64,000 nucleotides of DNA, taken from contig CALCDZ010000004.1 of NCBI GenBank assembly GCA_937900255.1, positions 20,857 to 84,856 on the forward strand, read 5' to 3'. This document shows, piece after piece, positions 58,950 through 64,000 of the stretch. The notes below the pieces were generated by a model. It was not told where the DNA came from and ran no database searches. It saw only the letters and a list, made by a program, of their open reading frames with translations. The position numbers and the translations under genes are program-made. This DNA comes from an uncultured bacterium. Lineage in GTDB: Bacteria; Patescibacteriota; Patescibacteriia; SG8-24; DYFX01. The number at the start of each line of letters is the position of its first letter. The stretch's first letter is position 1.

Positions 58950-60728
58950 ATGCTTACAGGAAGGAAGCCATGCTCCAGACCGCTCGCAAGAGCCGCCTTC
59001 ACGGCCGCCTGTTTCGTGTTGGCGGTTTTTGCGTCTCTGGGAGCGGCGCATGCGGCGCATGCCCAGGGCGTGACGTCCAACGAAGTGCTGCCGACCGAAG
59101 TCGGTGCGGCCATTGGCACGGGCAGCGGCGATATCCGCATCACGATCGCGCGTATCGTCCGCGCCGCGCTCGGTCTCTTGGGGACCGTCGCCCTGCTGCT
59201 CGTCCTGTATGCCGGCTTCCTCTGGATGACGGCTTCGGGGGATGAGGACAAGATCGCGCGGGCGAAGAATACGCTCGCCGGCGCGCTCGTCGGGCTGGCG
59301 ATCATCCTGTCGGCGTTCGGCATCACGTCGCTCATCATCAGCCGCCTGCTCGGCGCAAGCGAAGGCGGGGGACCGGGCACGATCGGAGGGTCCGGTGCCA
59401 TCGATTCCGCCTGCATCGGCCTGTCCGCGACTTGCTCGGCCGGCGCGCTCGGCAACGGCATCGTCGAAAGCCATTACCCGTCCCGTAACGCGACCGGCGT
59501 CCCGCGCAATACCCGTATCGCCGTCACTTTCAAGGAGAAGATCGACCCCGCTTCTTTGGTGGTCGGAGGCGCCACGTCCACCGTCGCCATCCTGAAATCT
59601 TCCCAGGTCTCCGGTACCGACAACCGCTTCCTTCAGAAGTTCAGCCAGGCGCTGACGCCCGCCGCCATCGCAGTCGCCCCGTCCGCCGACGGCAGGACGT
59701 TCGTCTTCATGCAGAAGAACTGCCCGTCGGACTGTTTCGGAAGCCCGTCGGAAAACGTCTTCTATACCGTGGCGCTGCGGGGAGGTTCCGATGGCATCAA
59801 GAAAGCCGACGGCAGTCCCGCCTTCGGAGGGACGTTCAGTTCCGGGTATCTTTGGGAGTTCCAGGTCTCGACCAAGATCGATACGACCCCTCCGCACGTC
59901 AGCGCCGTCGTGCCTGCGTCCGGGGAGACGGGCGTGGCGCGCAACTCGATGGTGCAAGTCGATTTCGACGAGGCGATCGATCCGGTCAGCGCTGCGGCGG
60001 GCCTTTCGGTCGCGCGTTCGGGCGGCGTCGCCGTCCAGGGCGATGCGCGGATCGGGAACGCCTATCGTACGCTCGAATTCCGCACCAACGACCTTTGCGG
60101 CACCAACTCCTGCGGCGAGAAGGTCTACTGCCTGCCGGGGAACCAGTCGATCGCCGTCAGGGTCAAGGCGGACGGCCTGACCGCGACGCCGCCTCTCGGA
60201 CTGTATCCGCCGAGCGGCGTGACCGACATGGCCGGCAACTCGCTTGACGGCAACGGCAACGGCGCCGCGCAGGGCAGCCCGTCGGATGACTATCCGTTCT
60301 CGTTCACGACAGGCGACAAGATCGACCTGGTCCCGCCGAAAGTCGTCTCCCAGGACCCGGGCATCCTTCAGGGCGACGTCCCTCGCGACCTCCCGATGTC
60401 CGCCACCTTTTCCAAGCTGATGAGCGCGACCAGCATCACGACCGATACGATGCGCCTCATGGCGGTCCCCGGAGCCCCGACCAACTACGCGGTGACCAGC
60501 CAACCGGTCTCCTCGGTCACGGGCGGGGAACCCGACCAGACGAAAGCCGTGTTCCAGCACGATCTCCTCAGTACCGATCAGGCGTATGCGGCCGACCTGA
60601 CGTCCGGATTGCGCGACCTGCACCAGAACTGCTTCTTCCCGGGCGGAGGGCAGACCGTCTGCACCGGCAGCGAACCGTATTGCTGCAACGGCCAGCCTTC
60701 GACGACCGCCTGCGGCTTCCTTCCCTAG
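58950..60728 (+). CDS. secreted/membrane-anchored large protein: signal peptide, VirB2/T4SS-pilin-like two-helix domain, Ig-like region, Cys-rich C-terminus
   Basis: Signal peptide ending AHAAHA|QG. Two hydrophobic helices in pilin-like arrangement (IVRAALGLLGTVALLLVLYAGFLWMTASGDEDKIARAKNTLAGALVGLAIILSAF). Ig-like ectodomain; terminal QNCFFPGGGQTVCTGSEPYCCNGQPSTTACGFLP. Confidence 0.6.
   Translation: MLTGRKPCSRPLARAAFTAACFVLAVFASLGAAHAAHAQGVTSNEVLPTEVGAAIGTGSGDIRITIARIVRAALGLLGTVALLLVLYAGFLWMTASGDEDKIARAKNTLAGALVGLAIILSAFGITSLIISRLLGASEGGGPGTIGGSGAIDSACIGLSATCSAGALGNGIVESHYPSRNATGVPRNTRIAVTFKEKIDPASLVVGGATSTVAILKSSQVSGTDNRFLQKFSQALTPAAIAVAPSADGRTFVFMQKNCPSDCFGSPSENVFYTVALRGGSDGIKKADGSPAFGGTFSSGYLWEFQVSTKIDTTPPHVSAVVPASGETGVARNSMVQVDFDEAIDPVSAAAGLSVARSGGVAVQGDARIGNAYRTLEFRTNDLCGTNSCGEKVYCLPGNQSIAVRVKADGLTATPPLGLYPPSGVTDMAGNSLDGNGNGAAQGSPSDDYPFSFTTGDKIDLVPPKVVSQDPGILQGDVPRDLPMSATFSKLMSATSITTDTMRLMAVPGAPTNYAVTSQPVSSVTGGEPDQTKAVFQHDLLSTDQAYAADLTSGLRDLHQNCFFPGGGQTVCTGSEPYCCNGQPSTTACGFLP
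59064..59336 (+). repeat. direct repeat copy 1 (~270 bp, ~90% identical to copy 2; 78-bp identical core at 59186-59263)
   Basis: DNA encoding the pilin-like N-terminal domain. The core ACCGTCGCCCTGCTGCTCGTCCTGTATGCCGGCTTCCTCTGGATGACGGCTTCGGGGGATGAGGACAAGATCGCGCG recurs verbatim at 60947-61024. Confidence 0.8.
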
Positions 60729-60730
60729 AC

Positions 60731-63700
60731 TATGATGCCGTCCTTCCGCCGACATCGCGCATGGATCATCGGGCTGGCGCTCTTCGCGTCCTGCTTCTGG
60801 TTCCTGGCGGCGCACGGCGTCCATGCTCAAGGCGTGACGTCCAACGAACTGCTCCCGACATCGGTCGGCACGGCGATCGGTACCGGAACGACCGATATCC
60901 GCATCACGATCGCGCGTGTCATCCGCGTGGCGCTCGGCCTTCTCGGGACCGTCGCCCTGCTGCTCGTCCTGTATGCCGGCTTCCTCTGGATGACGGCTTC
61001 GGGGGATGAGGACAAGATCGCGCGCGCCAAGAAGACGCTCACCGGGGCGGTCATCGGGCTCGCGATCATCCTGTCGGCGTTCGCCATCACCCAGTTCGTG
61101 CTGAATGCGCTCGTATCCGCCACGACCCAGGGCGAAGTCACGGGCCCGGGCGGTGGCGGCGGGGGAGGAGGCCTCGGTGGCGGCGGAAACGGCGGGGCTT
61201 TCCGGCCGACCGGCATCCAGCCGAAGGGTTCGTTGCGCAAATACGACGTGGTCGCGTCCGTGACGTTCAATGCCGCTCCGACCGGGGATGCGGCCAACAT
61301 CAAGGCGAATGTCCTGCTCGAGAAGGTCGCCGGCGGCGCGCGGACGCCGGTCGATTACGATCCGATCGTCCAGAACGATACGATCCGCCTCCAACCCGTC
61401 CAGGCCTGCCCTCCTCCGAACGGAGGCAAGCGTTGCCTTGAACCGAACCAGGAATACCAGGTCACGGTCCGGGCCGGTCTCAAGAACGCCTCATCTTCCG
61501 ACCCACGCACCGTCAATTGCGGCATCGGCGCGAACTGCACGCAGGCGTTCAAGACGGGTTCGGTCGTCGGCACCGGATCCCCGACGGTCTCGATCGCTTC
61601 TCCTCTCGATGGCGCGTCCGTCCCGGCCGGAGACCTGATCGCGCTGCAATCGATTTCCACCGATCAGGATGGCATCGCCACCGTCGAATATTCGGCCGAC
61701 GGCGCCTTTTTCGCTTCCGACGGCGCCGCGCAGCGCGTGGCGGCTTCCACGTATTCAAGCCAAGTCTTTTGGGATGACGCCGCTTTCGTTCCGGTCAAGA
61801 GAGTCACGCTCACGGCGCGCGCGACCAATATCGACGGGGACTCGGCGGATTCGGCGCCCGTACATGTGACCGTACGCCCTGCCGCCTGTTTCGATCACGT
61901 GAAGGACGGCGACGAGGTCGGCGTCGATTGCGGCGGCTCTTGCGGCGCCTGCACGGGTGCGGCCTGCACGTCGGACGCCAGCTGCAGTTCCGGCCAGTGC
62001 CGGAACGGGGTATGCGTGGAGAACCCGCAGATCACGGACGTGCAGTTGCGCGACGGGAAACCCGGTAATCTCGTGACGATCACGGGGCTTCATTTCGGAT
62101 CGCAGCCGGGCACGGTCACTTTCCTCGGGGCGTCGGCGGCAGGGGATGAGAAGTCGGCCCCCCTGGCCTCGTGCGGCGGCGCGTGGTCCGATACGCGTGT
62201 CGTCATCGCCGTCCCGTCCGGTGCCGTCACCGGACCGATCCAGGTAGCGGTCGCCGGCGGAGCGAAGAAGGACGCAACGAACGACGCGTTTGGACCGATC
62301 ATCGCCGATTTCCAAGTCAATGACACGGCGCGTCCCGGCATCTGTTCCGTCGCGCCGGCAAGCGTGAAGACGGGGCTGCCCATGACCGTGACCGGCCTCG
62401 CGTTCGGCGCGGCGCAAGGCGATTCCCGCATCCAGCTCGCGCGCGCAGCTTCCGACTGCAGCCAGATCCAGGATTGGTCCAGTGCGGCAGAAGTCCCGCA
62501 GGTCCCGTCATGGTCCGACACCTCCGTGCGTCCGGTCATGCCGAACGTGGATACGGGTTCGGACGGGGCGCAGTACCTGATGCGCGTGACGGTCGGCGGC
62601 CAGCCCTCGAACGTCGCCTGCGTGCGCGCCGAACCGCCGTCGGCCGGCACGGAACCGCATATCGATCTCATCACTCCGGATTCGGGGTCCGTCGGGACGT
62701 ACGTTTCGCTGCTCGGTTCGAATTTCGGCACGGGCGGCACCGTCCGTTTCAGGAACGCGGCAGGCGAGGCGATCGGGGACGTCAGTTTCCCCGCCCAGTG
62801 CGCGGCCGGCTATTGGACCGATTCCAGCGTGACCGTCAAGGTTCCCGCCAAGTTCACGACGCCGGCCGATACGCCCGTCGCGTTGAATCCGCCGTACGAC
62901 GTGACGGTCGTGCGTTCCGATGGCCGCAGTTCCAACGCGCGCCCGTTCGTCATCGACACCGCTCCCGTGCCTCCCGGCATCTGCCGCATCGACCCAGACA
63001 ACGGCCCGGCCGGAAGCGCCGTCACGCTGTATGGAGAGAATTTCGGCGACATCGCGGCGAACGACCTGCCCTCCTTCTCCGCACTGCATCCTGACGCGGT
63101 CAGTTTTCATGACCATAAGCCTGCCTCGTCGATCGGCCAATGGGGATCTTCCGGCATCAAGGCCGTCGTCCCTGACGGCGCGTTGACCGGGCCCGCCGTC
63201 ATCAAGACCTATTCCGGAAGCGCCGCTTTGGCTTCGAACGGCATCAATTTCCGCGTCAGCGATTGCCGCCAAGCGGGCGGAGACGCGGCGTGCGGAAACG
63301 GACGCGCTTGCTGCGGGGACGGGTCTTGCCGCGCCTCGTGCGGCGGCTCGTCGGCGATCGGCGGATACGCCTGGAAGTTCTCGACCGGACCGATTCCCGT
63401 CTTCCCCGTCGTGATCGAGAACGCGACGTGCCAAGTCTCGGCTCCGACTTCGATGCCGAGCCCTAACCCGTTCAAATCGGCGCAGGACGTCTGCACCGAC
63501 ATTGGCGCGATCGCGGTGCGCTTCAGCCTGCCGATGGATCCCGCGACGTTCCACAGCGGCAACGTCGTGCTGGAATCTTGCGGCACCGGGACGTCCGTTT
63601 CCGGGACGTGCACGACCGTGGCCGGCGTCGGCACGCCATCGGCCGTCCCATACGACCCGGAAGGGCGTACCGAGCTCAAGCTCCCGATCGGGGGCTTGCA

Positions 63701-64000
63701 GCCCGGCACGTGGTATCGGCTGACGCTGAAGGATCGCATCCTGAGTCTCGGATCGCCTGATCGCGCGGCGCAGCCGCTCGATGGGAACTCCGACGGCAAG
63801 GCCGGAGGTGCCTACGTCACGACTTTCAAGACCGGCAGCGCGCCCTGCGCGCTCTCCGGCGTGCACGTCGATCCGGCCAGCGGCCTCATTTCCGCCGCCG
63901 ATGCGCAGGAGGCGTACGCGGCGTTCCCGCTCTCGAACCGTTGCATCATCCTCTCTTGCGCCGGGCGTTCCGTCTCCTGGTCCTCTTCCGACACGTCGAA
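60731..64000 (+). CDS. paralogous giant surface protein (>1089 aa, 3' end beyond window): signal peptide, pilin-like domain, Gly-rich linker, Cys-rich modules, at least three IPT/TIG-like domains
   Basis: Frame-2 ORF from ATG 60731, 2 nt after the upstream stop, has no stop codon up to 64000 and is not in the ORF track because it is unterminated. N-terminal ~100 aa nearly identical to the upstream gene. IPT/TIG-like starts at ITDVQLRDGKPGNLVTITGLHFG, IDLITPDSGSVGTYVSLLGSNFG, ICRIDPDNGPAGSAVTLYGENFG. Cys-rich modules CGGSCGACTGAACTSDASCSSGQCRNGVCV and DCRQAGGDAACGNGRACCGDGSCRASCGG. Confidence 0.6.
60828..61090 (+). repeat. direct repeat copy 2
   Basis: See copy 1; spacing ~1.76 kb. Confidence 0.8.

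Overview
This is a high-G+C bacterial chromosomal segment (roughly two-thirds G+C by eye, not computed) dominated by translation-apparatus genes. It carries the 3' part of leuS; a str-type cluster (rpsL-rpsG-fusA, with two orphan genes inserted before tuf); and an almost contiguous S10/spc ribosomal-protein operon (rpsJ ... rplO-secY-adk-map). There is no L30 gene, S14 is the Zn-ribbon type, and map is followed directly by ruvX/recO instead of infA-rpmJ-rpsM-rpsK-rpsD-rpoA-rplQ. Further genes: asnS, aspS (short, no GAD insertion), hisS, five tRNAs (Pro-GGG, initiator Met, a second CAU tRNA, Leu-CAA, Val-CAC), ndk, a split ComEC, ygiD-like dioxygenase, ybaK, scpAB, a DD-carboxypeptidase, a GT4 glycosyltransferase, a sigma-70 factor, MarR, parAB, a short rel, topA, dprA, a beta-CASP MBL nuclease, pth, der, an LCP protein, lepB, and rpsU-yqeY. 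The window ends in two tandem paralogous giant secreted proteins that share an N-terminal VirB2/T4SS-pilin-like double-helix membrane domain; the second runs off the window. Most unusual: (1) a presenilin/SPP-like GxGD intramembrane aspartyl protease homologue (YD ... GxGD ... PAL motifs) plus a small acidic ORF inserted between secY and adk; (2) a precisely gene-sized, strongly A+T-rich single-gene island next to asnS and a second lower-G+C orphan on its other side; (3) the tandem pilin-domain giant surface proteins with IPT/TIG and Cys-rich modules and a ~270-bp DNA-level repeat. No rRNA, CRISPR array, transposase or integrase was seen. Many long antisense ORFs in the track are high-GC artefacts. 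Gene content is suggestive of a reduced, possibly CPR/Patescibacteria-like genome; this is inference only.
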